Assembly (NCBI GenBank): GCA_964452285.1
Contig: CAYVKW010000006.1
Span: 7,960 to 31,959, forward strand
Length of the DNA stretch: 24,000 nucleotides
From: an uncultured Pseudomonadales bacterium
GTDB taxonomy: Bacteria; Patescibacteriota; Microgenomatia; UBA1400; PJMF01
Direction of reading: 5' to 3'
Positions within the stretch are counted from its first letter, which is position 1; every line of letters starts with the position of its first letter. A model generated the notes under the pieces. That model was not told where the DNA came from. It was given only the letters and a program-made list of their open reading frames with translations, and made no database searches. A program made the position numbers and the translations under genes. Below, piece after piece: positions 1-7,229 of this stretch.

Positions 1-1239
1 GTCACTTGTTATCGCAAGCTCAAAAGTGGATATTTTCTACCTTTGGGTTATGGTCCCAGACTATGGCAATACTTGAAAGAGCGAGGAGATACTTTGGAGT
101 TGGACGATAAAAGAATAGAAAAACCGATTGCCAAAATTATCAGTAAAATAGAATTAAAAGAAAATCAAGCCGAAGCTTTGGCAAAAATCTTGAAAAGTAG
201 TCGATCGATTTTGGAAGCGAAACCGGGGTTTGGGAAAACTATGCTCGGGTTGCAAACACTGTGCGAACGTGGACAAAAAACGCTAATTGTGGTGCATACC
301 CGAGCATTATTGGGACAATGGCAAAAGAGAATTCAAGATTTTTGCCAATTGGAAGAAGATGATTTGGGTATTATTGGTGAAGGGAAATGGAAAATAGGGG
401 CAAAAGTCACCATTGCTTCTTATCAGACACTTTTGAGCCGAGGAACAAAGACACTTAAAAATGAATTTGGCTTATTAATTGTAGATGAATGTCATCACGT
501 CCCCGCCAATACTTTTGCCAAAGTCGTCAAGGGCTTTGCGGCTAAATATTGTCTTGGTCTGACGGCGACACCTTTTCGCAAAGACAAATTAGACAAACTG
601 ATGACTTTTTATATTGGAAAAATTATTCCAACGGAGAGTTTAACAACGAGTGAAGAAAATAGTTTATTGCCAAAAGCAGCGGTACAAACTAAATTAATAG
701 TGAAAAGAACCGCACTCTGGATTGAAGAAGCAGAATTAAAAGAATTTACAGAACTAGGAACGATTTTGAGCAATGACCAAGAACGAATTAAAATGATTGT
801 CGATGATATTGCTGAAGAAATTAAAAAGGGCAGTAAAATTATTGTGCTGTCAGAAAGAGTAGGACATTGCGAAGCCTTACTGGCAGCGATAAAGAAAAAG
901 TCAAAAAAAGTGAAAGCAGTGCTCGTCACGGGACAAATGAAAAAAAATGAACGAGAAGTACTTTTTGAAGAAATTAAGAAAGACAAATATCAATTAATTG
1001 TGGCCACGGGTGGAGTAATTGGAGAAGGCTTTGATTGGCCGGCACTTAATTGCTTATTTCTCACTTTTCCGTTTTCTTGGCGAGGAAAATTGATTCAATA
1101 CGTCGGGCGAGTGCAAAGACTTTATCCCGGCAAAACGGAAGCAAGAGTTTATGATTACGTGGACGAGCAAATGTCAATTTTCCTCGCCATGTTTCGCAAA
1201 AGACGAACAGCTTATAGAGAGCTGGGAATTGAGTGCTAA
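1..1239 (+). CDS. SF2 DEAD/DEAH-box helicase (ResIII + Helicase_C layout, UvsW/XPB-like), 5' partial
   Basis: Frame 1 is open from nt 1 (VTCYRKLKSGYFLPLGYG...), so the TTG at 43 in the ORF track is not the real start and the gene begins upstream of the window. Helicase motifs are visible: motif I KPGFGKT, motif II VDECHH, motif III LTATP, motif VI QYVGRVQR. Stop is TAA at 1237-1239. Confidence 0.85.
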   Translation, partial: VTCYRKLKSGYFLPLGYGPRLWQYLKERGDTLELDDKRIEKPIAKIISKIELKENQAEALAKILKSSRSILEAKPGFGKTMLGLQTLCERGQKTLIVVHTRALLGQWQKRIQDFCQLEEDDLGIIGEGKWKIGAKVTIASYQTLLSRGTKTLKNEFGLLIVDECHHVPANTFAKVVKGFAAKYCLGLTATPFRKDKLDKLMTFYIGKIIPTESLTTSEENSLLPKAAVQTKLIVKRTALWIEEAELKEFTELGTILSNDQERIKMIVDDIAEEIKKGSKIIVLSERVGHCEALLAAIKKKSKKVKAVLVTGQMKKNEREVLFEEIKKDKYQLIVATGGVIGEGFDWPALNCLFLTFPFSWRGKLIQYVGRVQRLYPGKTEARVYDYVDEQMSIFLAMFRKRRTAYRELGIEC

Positions 1240-1317
1240 AAAAGCCGACAAATAAACCGATTTTTTTGATGAGTTGATGAAGTAAAGAAAGAAAAAAATG
1301 CTTTTATACTAAAAAGC

Positions 1318-2880
1318 ATGATAGATTTTGTCAAAAACTTAAAAATTCTTGGTGGACGAAAAAGTGAAAACTGGAATAAAAGCTGTGACTTCGCTGAGGG
1401 GTCTTATCAACCAGAAAAATTTTCTCCAAATTTAAAAAGTTTAATCAAAGAGTGGGAGGCGATAACAAAAAATTGGAATGTGGTGGAAATATTGACGCCG
1501 ACCAAGGAATCTTTAGTCAAAGAAAAAGAGAAGGCTTGGTCGGCGTGGTCAAAAAATCAAGTTTATCAACCACTGTTTGAATATGGTTGGCTCAAAAAAA
1601 ATCCCATTGATATCAAAGCGACTAAAAAACAATTGCAAACAATTTTGGAAAAAACAAAAGTACTCAAAGTCAAAGATGAAATCAATCGGACAGGTAAAAC
1701 TGCTTTTTACCAATGCGTCAAGGATAGTCTAGAAACATTGAATTTAATCGAAGGCTTAGAGAAAAAAAATGAAAAATTAATTAAGGAAGCTTTGAATAAA
1801 AAATATGCTGCCAACGATGATTATTTGTGGTTACTGGCAAACAGTTATTATCAGCAAGCAGTAGAAAAATCCTTAGATAATAGACACGTGGAAAACACTG
1901 AGTTGCAAGAAATGGAGAGACAATTGCTAAGAGAAAAAGTTTTTAATGCTGGCGACTTAGCAATGGCATTTATTTGGTTATTGCAAAAGTATAATTTTTT
2001 GGGCACGGAAAATAAACGAGGCTATCAAGTCATAATTAGCGATGAAGCAACTGCAGTTGATGTGCGCGATAAAGCTCAGAAGCCGCTAACAATTATTATC
2101 CCAGCAACAAAAACTCTCAGCGGCGAAAAATTACTTTGTCTAATGTATCGTCAAATAGAAAGTAAAGTCCGGCAAAGTATGAATGCGCGAGCATTAACTG
2201 AAGATGAATTTGAACTAAAAACAGATGATGAAACTTGGTATGAAGGTTGTGCTTTGCGGCTGGAAAATAAATTTTTTTATCATCATTTATTTGGTGAACA
2301 CGAAGAAGAAATCGTCAAAATGTCTTTCTATGTGTTAGCGGTCAATTTAGCGGAAAATGGCCAAAGTTTTTGGGAAATTTGGCAAGAAATCACAGAAATG
2401 TATGTGCATGTATTCACTGGTATAGAAGTGAACCGAAATTTGACTAGAACTGATTTGACGCAGATGCCGGCGGAAATAATAGAAGCGGCAAAAGAGAAAG
2501 CGTGGACGGTGACTTACCGGATTATGCGTGGACATACGAATATGGAAAACAAACTAGCTTATGCCAACCGCAAAGATTTGGCTTATTTGCGAAGCTACTT
2601 GGTCGATGAAATTCTCAACAATATGGAGCTGGAAAATGTTGACGAAAAGCTGTTAATTAAAACCAATGCATTGCCGATGACGAATGAAGCAACTTTGCAA
2701 ATAGACAATTTAGCTTATCCATTTCTAAATGGAACGCGCGATTATTGTTTTGATGTGTTGCTACCGCAAGTAAGAGGAGAAAAAACTAAAAGAGCCATAA
2801 TTTGTGATTGTAGAAACAAAATTCGAGCAATAAAGATATTACGCACAGAAAGAAAAAATAATAATAGAAAGGATGCAATT
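1318..2880 (+). other. N-terminal region resembling the DUF1704 / TIGR02421 'QEGLA-motif' (MATCAP carboxypeptidase) family, with HExxH replaced by RQxxK
   Basis: Pattern GYQVIISDEATAVDVRD..LTIIIPATKTLSGEKLLCLMY-RQIESKVRQSMNAR-(17 aa)-WYEGCALRLE ... SFWEIWQEI ... YRIMRGH..NRKDLAYLRSY. I recognise this from memory as the DUF1704 core (xHEIxxHxxRxxNG...QEGLAxxxE...FTKDxxYLRG). It has not been checked by HMM. Confidence 0.45.
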
Positions 2881-4257
2881 ATGCATTTAGTTCACAATTT
2901 AATGGACGATCCCTACGGAAGTCGTGAAAGCGAAAAAGCCGCAGCGCAATTTGTGATTCCGCAAAAAGAAAGTCAGGGTCGTGACGTTTATAATTTTCTC
3001 AAAGACGAATTGCTTTTGGACGGTAATGCCAAACAAAACCTCACCACTTTTTGCACTACTTGGTTGGAACCAGAAATTCACAAATTAATGAATGATTCAA
3101 TTACCAAAAACTTAGTGGATAAAGATGAATATCCACAAAGTGCGGCTATTGAATTACGTTGTGTCCACATGTTGGCTGATTTATGGCATTCGCCAGAAGC
3201 AAAAACGACTTTGGGGACTTCAACAATTGGTAGTAGCGAGGCGGCAGAGTTGGGCGGTTTGGCAATGAAATGGCGATGGCGGAAAATGCGCGAAGCGGCC
3301 GGAAAAGATACTAGTAAACCAAATCTAGTGTGCGGACCGGTGCAAGTCTGCTGGTATAAATTCGCGCGTTATTTTGACGTGGAAATCAGAAGCGTACCAC
3401 TGACAGAAGAACGTTTGGAAATGACAGCGGAATCAATGATGCCTTACATTGATGAAAATACAATTGGCGTAGTCCCGACTTTGGGTATCACATACACTTG
3501 TGCTTATGAAAATGTGAAGGACATCAGCGATGCTTTAGACAGGATCCAAACGGAAAAAGGTTGGGACATTCCGATTCACGTTGATGCGGCCTCAGGTGGT
3601 TTTATTGCCCCATTTTTGCAGCCAGATTTACTATGGGATTTTCGCTTGCCGAGAGTGAAATCAATTAATACTTCTGGTCATAAATTTGGCTTATCACCTT
3701 TAGGCGTGGGGTGGGTGGTTTGGCGAGAAACAAAAGACTTACCAGAAGATTTAATTTTCTATGTCAATTACTTAGGTGGCAATGAAGCAACTTTCAATCT
3801 TAATTTCTCAAAACCAGCTGGGCAAGTGATTGCGCAATATTATAACTTCTTGCGACTAGGTAAAGATGGCTACACCAAAATTCAGAGTGAGTGCGCCAAA
3901 GTAGCGAAGTATGTCGCAGAAGGAGTGAAGAAGCTGGGCATCTTTGATATTCTCTATGACGGTGAGGGTGGCCTACCAGCAAGTTGCTGGTCATTGAAAA
4001 AAGATGCGCAAGTGCCATTTAATTTGTTTGACATCACTGATAGATTACGTAATCGCGGTTGGTTGCTACCGTCATACAGTATGCCACCGAATGCGCAAAA
4101 AGTAGTGATTCAAAGAATATTGTGCCGACACGGATTTAGTATGGACATGGCAGATTTATTCTTGGCTGACTTTGCTAGAACAGTAGAATTTTTGCGCCAG
4201 CGAGGAGACTGCGGTAGTTTAAGTGAAACGGAAGCAGCGAGCTTCAAACACACTTAA
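1318..4257 (+). CDS. gadB: 979-aa ORF: DUF1704/MATCAP-like N-terminal region (degenerate metal site) in frame with a complete PLP-dependent glutamate decarboxylase
   Basis: Single uninterrupted ORF. The C-terminal ~455 aa match E. coli GadA/GadB end to end as remembered: DELLLDGNAKQNLTTFCTTW, IGSSEA, PNLVCGPVQVCWYKFARYFDVE, HVDAASGGF, PLP-lysine motif SGHKFG, and an identical C-terminal SFKHT. The N-terminal ~520 aa are not found in canonical GADs. The fusion status is uncertain (see findings). Confidence 0.85.
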   Translation: MIDFVKNLKILGGRKSENWNKSCDFAEGSYQPEKFSPNLKSLIKEWEAITKNWNVVEILTPTKESLVKEKEKAWSAWSKNQVYQPLFEYGWLKKNPIDIKATKKQLQTILEKTKVLKVKDEINRTGKTAFYQCVKDSLETLNLIEGLEKKNEKLIKEALNKKYAANDDYLWLLANSYYQQAVEKSLDNRHVENTELQEMERQLLREKVFNAGDLAMAFIWLLQKYNFLGTENKRGYQVIISDEATAVDVRDKAQKPLTIIIPATKTLSGEKLLCLMYRQIESKVRQSMNARALTEDEFELKTDDETWYEGCALRLENKFFYHHLFGEHEEEIVKMSFYVLAVNLAENGQSFWEIWQEITEMYVHVFTGIEVNRNLTRTDLTQMPAEIIEAAKEKAWTVTYRIMRGHTNMENKLAYANRKDLAYLRSYLVDEILNNMELENVDEKLLIKTNALPMTNEATLQIDNLAYPFLNGTRDYCFDVLLPQVRGEKTKRAIICDCRNKIRAIKILRTERKNNNRKDAIMHLVHNLMDDPYGSRESEKAAAQFVIPQKESQGRDVYNFLKDELLLDGNAKQNLTTFCTTWLEPEIHKLMNDSITKNLVDKDEYPQSAAIELRCVHMLADLWHSPEAKTTLGTSTIGSSEAAELGGLAMKWRWRKMREAAGKDTSKPNLVCGPVQVCWYKFARYFDVEIRSVPLTEERLEMTAESMMPYIDENTIGVVPTLGITYTCAYENVKDISDALDRIQTEKGWDIPIHVDAASGGFIAPFLQPDLLWDFRLPRVKSINTSGHKFGLSPLGVGWVVWRETKDLPEDLIFYVNYLGGNEATFNLNFSKPAGQVIAQYYNFLRLGKDGYTKIQSECAKVAKYVAEGVKKLGIFDILYDGEGGLPASCWSLKKDAQVPFNLFDITDRLRNRGWLLPSYSMPPNAQKVVIQRILCRHGFSMDMADLFLADFARTVEFLRQRGDCGSLSETEAASFKHT
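2881..4257 (+). other. gadB: Glutamate decarboxylase module with its own Shine-Dalgarno and ATG (possible independent translation unit)
   Basis: AAAGGA at 2868-2873 lies 7 nt before the in-frame ATG at 2881. Met-2881 aligns within ~4 residues of the natural N-terminus of E. coli GadB. Confidence 0.85.
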
Positions 4258-4297
4258 GAAAAACTAAAAACGGAGGTGAAAGCGAAGTGGAAGCAAG

Positions 4298-4328
4298 TTG
4301 GCGACCAAATGAAAAATTTGGTCGCCAA
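4298..4328 (+). terminator. Perfect 13-bp stem / 5-nt loop hairpin between gad and gadC; no U-tract (attenuator or mRNA-stabilising element rather than a classical terminator)
   Basis: TTGGCGACCAAAT (4298-4310), loop gaaaa, ATTTGGTCGCCAA (4316-4328). The hairpin is followed by caacaataaaaat, which is A-rich rather than T-rich. Confidence 0.4.
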
Positions 4329-4364
4329 CAACAATAAAAATAAATTAAAAAAGAAGGAAGGAAA

Positions 4365-5855
4365 ATGCAAACAGGGAAAAAGAAGTTTTTGACAACGATG
4401 CAAATTGCATTGATGACGGCCGCGGCAATTGTGAGTTTACGCGGTTTGCCGATGCTGGCCGCAGAAGAAATGACAATGTTTTTTTACATCATTTACGCGA
4501 CAGTTTTATTTTTGGTGCCAGCGGGATTGGTGGCAGCGGAGTTAGGTAGTGCTTTTGCGACTGTAGGTGGCGGAGTTTACACCTGGGTGAAAGAAGCGTT
4601 TGGGGAAAAATCCGGATTCTTAGCTATATTTTTACAATGGATTCAAAATGTAGTCTGGTATCCGGTAGTACTAGGTTTTGCAGCGGCAGCAGTAGCTTAT
4701 TTAATCGGGATGCCAAAATTGGCAGACAATAATATTTATACCGGAATTTTTATTATTGTGTTTTATTGGTTAGCGACGGCAGTAGCTTTTAAAGGGAGCG
4801 GTTTCCTAGCAAAAGTGACGAGTCAAGCCTTTTTATTGGGCACAGTTTTACCTGGCGTCGCCATGGTGGTAATGGCGGGAGTATGGCTCGCAAATCGACA
4901 ACCAATCGGTTTCCAAAACTTATCTTCGGCTGACACGCAAATAGTGGAAGCGAGTAAAGTAGCAACGATGCATGCTCATCCGCGCTGGTTTCCGTCTCTG
5001 ACTAATTTGGGTAATTTAGCTTTTCTAGCGGCAATTTTATTGCTTTTTGCTGGAGTAGAAGTACAAGCAGTGCATTCAGTGGATATGGAAAATCCGCAGA
5101 AGCAATATCCACGAGCAATTTTAATGGCAGCATTAATTTCACTAATCATTTTTGCTATTGGTAGTCTAGCAGTGGCAATTATTCTCCCCTACCCCGACAT
5201 TCAATTGGAGTCAGGTTTATTTGACGCTTTTGCCCTAGCGTTTAAAACTTATAAAATTCCTTGGATGACTAATGTGATGGCGGGTTTGGCGGCGTTTGGA
5301 GCAATGGGCGGCGTCTTGTCTTGGATTGCTGGGCCAAGCCGCGGTTTATTGTGGACAGCGCGCGACGGTCAATTGCCGAAATCGTGGACAAAAGTCAATA
5401 AGAATAATGTCCAAACAACGATTTTATTGTGGCAAGGAGTGTTCGTGACCGCTTTGGCTCTAATTTATTTCATTTTCAAAAATGTGAATGTGGCTTTCTT
5501 TTTACTCAGCGCGCTCACGGCCGGACTTTACATTATTATGTATTTGCAAATGTATGCAGCGGCGATCAAACTACGCTACAGCCAACCGAATTTGCTCAGA
5601 CCATATAAAATTCCTGGCGGGAAAAGTGGAATTTGGACGGTGGCAGGAATTGGTTTCTTAGCAGCATTATTTTCTTTAGTGGTAGCATTCGTGCCACCGA
5701 CACAATTGGTCATCGGTAATAAGACAACTTATGTCTTAATGGTGGCGGCGGGTACAATTGTGTTTGTGATATTGCCGTTTATTATTAATTATGCGGTGAA
5801 AAAAGGGAAAAAGCAGGTGGTAACTGGAGAAATGCAAGCGCAAGAACAAAAATAA
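4365..5855 (+). CDS. gadC: APC-family glutamate/gamma-aminobutyrate antiporter (GadC-like)
   Basis: Polytopic membrane protein with blocks matching E. coli GadC as remembered: WIAGPSRGLLWTARDGQLP..VNKNNVQ, YKIPGGKSG...AFVPP. SD GAAGGAAGGA precedes the ATG. The gene lies immediately downstream of gad. Confidence 0.9.
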   Translation: MQTGKKKFLTTMQIALMTAAAIVSLRGLPMLAAEEMTMFFYIIYATVLFLVPAGLVAAELGSAFATVGGGVYTWVKEAFGEKSGFLAIFLQWIQNVVWYPVVLGFAAAAVAYLIGMPKLADNNIYTGIFIIVFYWLATAVAFKGSGFLAKVTSQAFLLGTVLPGVAMVVMAGVWLANRQPIGFQNLSSADTQIVEASKVATMHAHPRWFPSLTNLGNLAFLAAILLLFAGVEVQAVHSVDMENPQKQYPRAILMAALISLIIFAIGSLAVAIILPYPDIQLESGLFDAFALAFKTYKIPWMTNVMAGLAAFGAMGGVLSWIAGPSRGLLWTARDGQLPKSWTKVNKNNVQTTILLWQGVFVTALALIYFIFKNVNVAFFLLSALTAGLYIIMYLQMYAAAIKLRYSQPNLLRPYKIPGGKSGIWTVAGIGFLAALFSLVVAFVPPTQLVIGNKTTYVLMVAAGTIVFVILPFIINYAVKKGKKQVVTGEMQAQEQK

Positions 5856-5923
5856 GATTGCGCGGGAAAAGAATAAAGAGTAAAATTGAAGCATTAAAAC
5901 TAGGAGTGATAAAGGAGGTTTTA

Positions 5924-6565
5924 ATGCACGAAAATAATTGGCGGCGACGCGAACAAGATGATTTAATTCATCAAGTAGCGACGCCGCTTACTAATGCTTT
6001 ATTATTTTTGGAAAGGGGGATAGAAAAAGAATCGACAAAAGTAAAAAAGGAACTAAAATTAGCTCATGAAGAATTGCAAAAGGCGATAAAATTATTGCAA
6101 AATAGAGAGGCGAAAAATTTGGAGAAAACAAATTTTTCGCCAATAAAAACCCTAGAAAACATTCTTACTCATTACCAAAAACCATATCAAGTAAATTGCC
6201 AACTGCAAACCGACCAAAAAAATTACTCTTTTTACGGACACGAGGAAGCATTCGCAGAAATAGTCATACATTTGCTCAACAATGCCGCCGAAGCTTATCA
6301 TGACCATAGTTGCGCTCGTCCAATTCAGCTGACATTAACCGAAGCTTGTAATGGGATGAATCTAATCATCGGCGATCATGGACGAGGCATGAATTGGTGG
6401 CAAAAACTAATAGCAACTTATCCCAAAATATCTTTTAAAAAAGTCAAAAGTGGGTTGGGTTTACCAAAAGTAAAAAGGTTGCTCAAAGAAGAATTTGATG
6501 GTGAGTTAAAAATCATAAGCAAAGTCTGTGCGGGCACACTGATTATCGCCTATTTTCCTTTTTAA
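5924..6565 (+). CDS. Small soluble histidine kinase (HisKA-like H-box + HATPase_c), with no sensor domain or TM segment
   Basis: H-box IHQVATPLTNALLFLE, N-box HLLNNAAEAY, G1 GDHGRGM, G2 SGLGLPKV. I place the start at ATG 5924 because AAAGGAGG (5911-5918) precedes it. The ORF-track TTG at 5858 begins 2 nt after the gadC stop and lacks an SD. Confidence 0.75.
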   Translation: MHENNWRRREQDDLIHQVATPLTNALLFLERGIEKESTKVKKELKLAHEELQKAIKLLQNREAKNLEKTNFSPIKTLENILTHYQKPYQVNCQLQTDQKNYSFYGHEEAFAEIVIHLLNNAAEAYHDHSCARPIQLTLTEACNGMNLIIGDHGRGMNWWQKLIATYPKISFKKVKSGLGLPKVKRLLKEEFDGELKIISKVCAGTLIIAYFPF

Positions 6566-6569
6566 TTTA

Positions 6570-6578
6570 TGCTATAAT
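6570..6578 (+). promoter_or_regulatory. Extended -10 promoter element (TGcTATAAT) upstream of tRNA-Thr
   Basis: TGCTATAAT at 6570-6578, 25 nt before tRNA position 1. No convincing -35 element, which is consistent with extended -10 usage. Confidence 0.35.
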
Positions 6579-6603
6579 TACACTTCTTAACAAGAATTAT
6601 TTT

Positions 6604-6676
6604 GCCTGGTTAGCTCAGTTGGCAGAGCGTCGCATTCGTAACGCGAAGGTCGTGGGTCCGATTCCCACACTAGGCT
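6604..6676 (+). tRNA. tRNA-Thr (anticodon CGU), CCA not encoded
   Basis: Folded manually into a cloverleaf. Acceptor GCCTGGT/ACTAGGC (one G-U pair). D-arm GCTC-AGTTGGCA-GAGC. Anticodon arm TCGCA-TTCGTAA-CGCGA, anticodon CGT. Variable loop AGGTC. T-arm GTGGG-TCCGATT-CCCAC. Discriminator T, followed by CAT. Confidence 0.9.
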
Positions 6677-6689
6677 CATTTGACGGTAA

Positions 6690-7225
6690 TTGAAAAAAAG
6701 CGAAGAGAATTTTGTAGTGCATAAATGGTTATATAAGACACCCAATGAATTTGATGATATACTAATGAGAAGTGACGGAGAATATCTCACGGGTTTGGGA
6801 TTCATAAAGACAAATAGTAATGTTAAAAGCACGAAAAATGAAGAAGAAGAATTGGTGATTTTCAAAGAAACTAGCAACTGGTTAGATATTTACTTTGGCG
6901 GTAAAAATCCAAATTTCAAACCACGATATAAAATCGCAAATTCAACCGCATTTAGAAGTAGAGTAATTGAAATAATGACTGCTATTCCTTTCGGTCAGAC
7001 TCTAAGATACAAAGATATTGCAGCAGCAATTGTAAAAAGTAAAGGGTTGAAGAAAATGTCTAGTCAAGCCGTAGGCGGAGCGGTGGGATGGAATCCGATT
7101 GGAATTATTATTCCTTGTCATCGGGTCATAGGTTCGAATGATAGCTTAACTGGATACAGCGGAGGAATAAAAATAAAGCAGCATTGCTGCTGCATGAGCA
7201 AAAAAATAAAAAAATGGAAAAATGA
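6690..7225 (+). pseudogene. ogt: O6-alkylguanine-DNA (methylated-DNA--protein-cysteine) methyltransferase, frameshifted near the 3' end at an A5 run
   Basis: Active site IPCHRVIG and helix-turn-helix region PFGQTLRYKDIAAAI. After YSGGIK the annotated frame reads IKQHCCCMSKK. The +2 frame reads NKAALLLHEQKNKKMEK and stops at TGA 7223-7225, which is the canonical Ogt C-terminus. One extra A in the run at 7169-7173 restores it. The start (TTG 6690 or GTG 6717) is uncertain. Confidence 0.8.
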
Positions 7226-7229
7226 TATA

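Noticed and set aside
609-986. Antisense or out-of-frame ORFs inside well-supported genes. Coordinates: 609-986, 2347-2535, 2899-3081, 3800-4018, 8045-8269, 9359-9547, 10169-10363, 10374-10661, 11775-11981, 12073-12513, 12586-12801, 12964-13152, 13513-13695, 13899-14135, 14510-14824, 14816-15052, 15779-15976, 16153-16377, 17053-17244, 17972-18178, 19129-19317, 20592-20795, 21331-21534, 21562-21816, 21683-21928.
   Set aside because: Each lies wholly within a longer ORF that carries clear family motifs on the other strand or frame. Their translations are low-complexity (S/F/L/K-rich) with no recognisable motifs. They are shadow ORFs expected in AT-rich DNA.
1298-1319. 8-bp inverted repeat ATGCTTTT/AAAAGCAT overlapping the ATG of the 979-aa ORF, as a possible translational control hairpin
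   Set aside because: The stem is short and almost entirely A/U, so its stability is very low. It would not exist on the transcript if the mRNA is leaderless as proposed. There is not enough evidence.
1880-1897. CACGTG-centred sequence (atagaCACGTGgaaaaca) as a possible parS site for the ParB in the window
   Set aside because: Only the central hexamer matches. The flanks do not form the tGTTtCAC/GTGaAACa dyad. The site is inside a coding region 19 kb from parB.
5858-5923. Longer N-terminal extensions offered by the ORF track (kinase from 5858; GT genes from 14208, 16526 and 17751; helicase start at 43)
   Set aside because: The extensions begin at TTG or weak codons overlapping or abutting the upstream gene. 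Downstream ATGs (5924, 14241, 16568, 17772) sit at SDs or at classic stop/start overlaps and begin the hydrophobic or conserved N-termini. The helicase frame is open to nt 1, so 43 is not a start.
6587-6877. 96-aa minus-strand ORF
   Set aside because: It runs antisense through the tRNA-Thr gene (its ...WESDPRPSRYECDALPTELTRQ segment is the tRNA read backwards) and through the ogt 5' end. It is not a gene.
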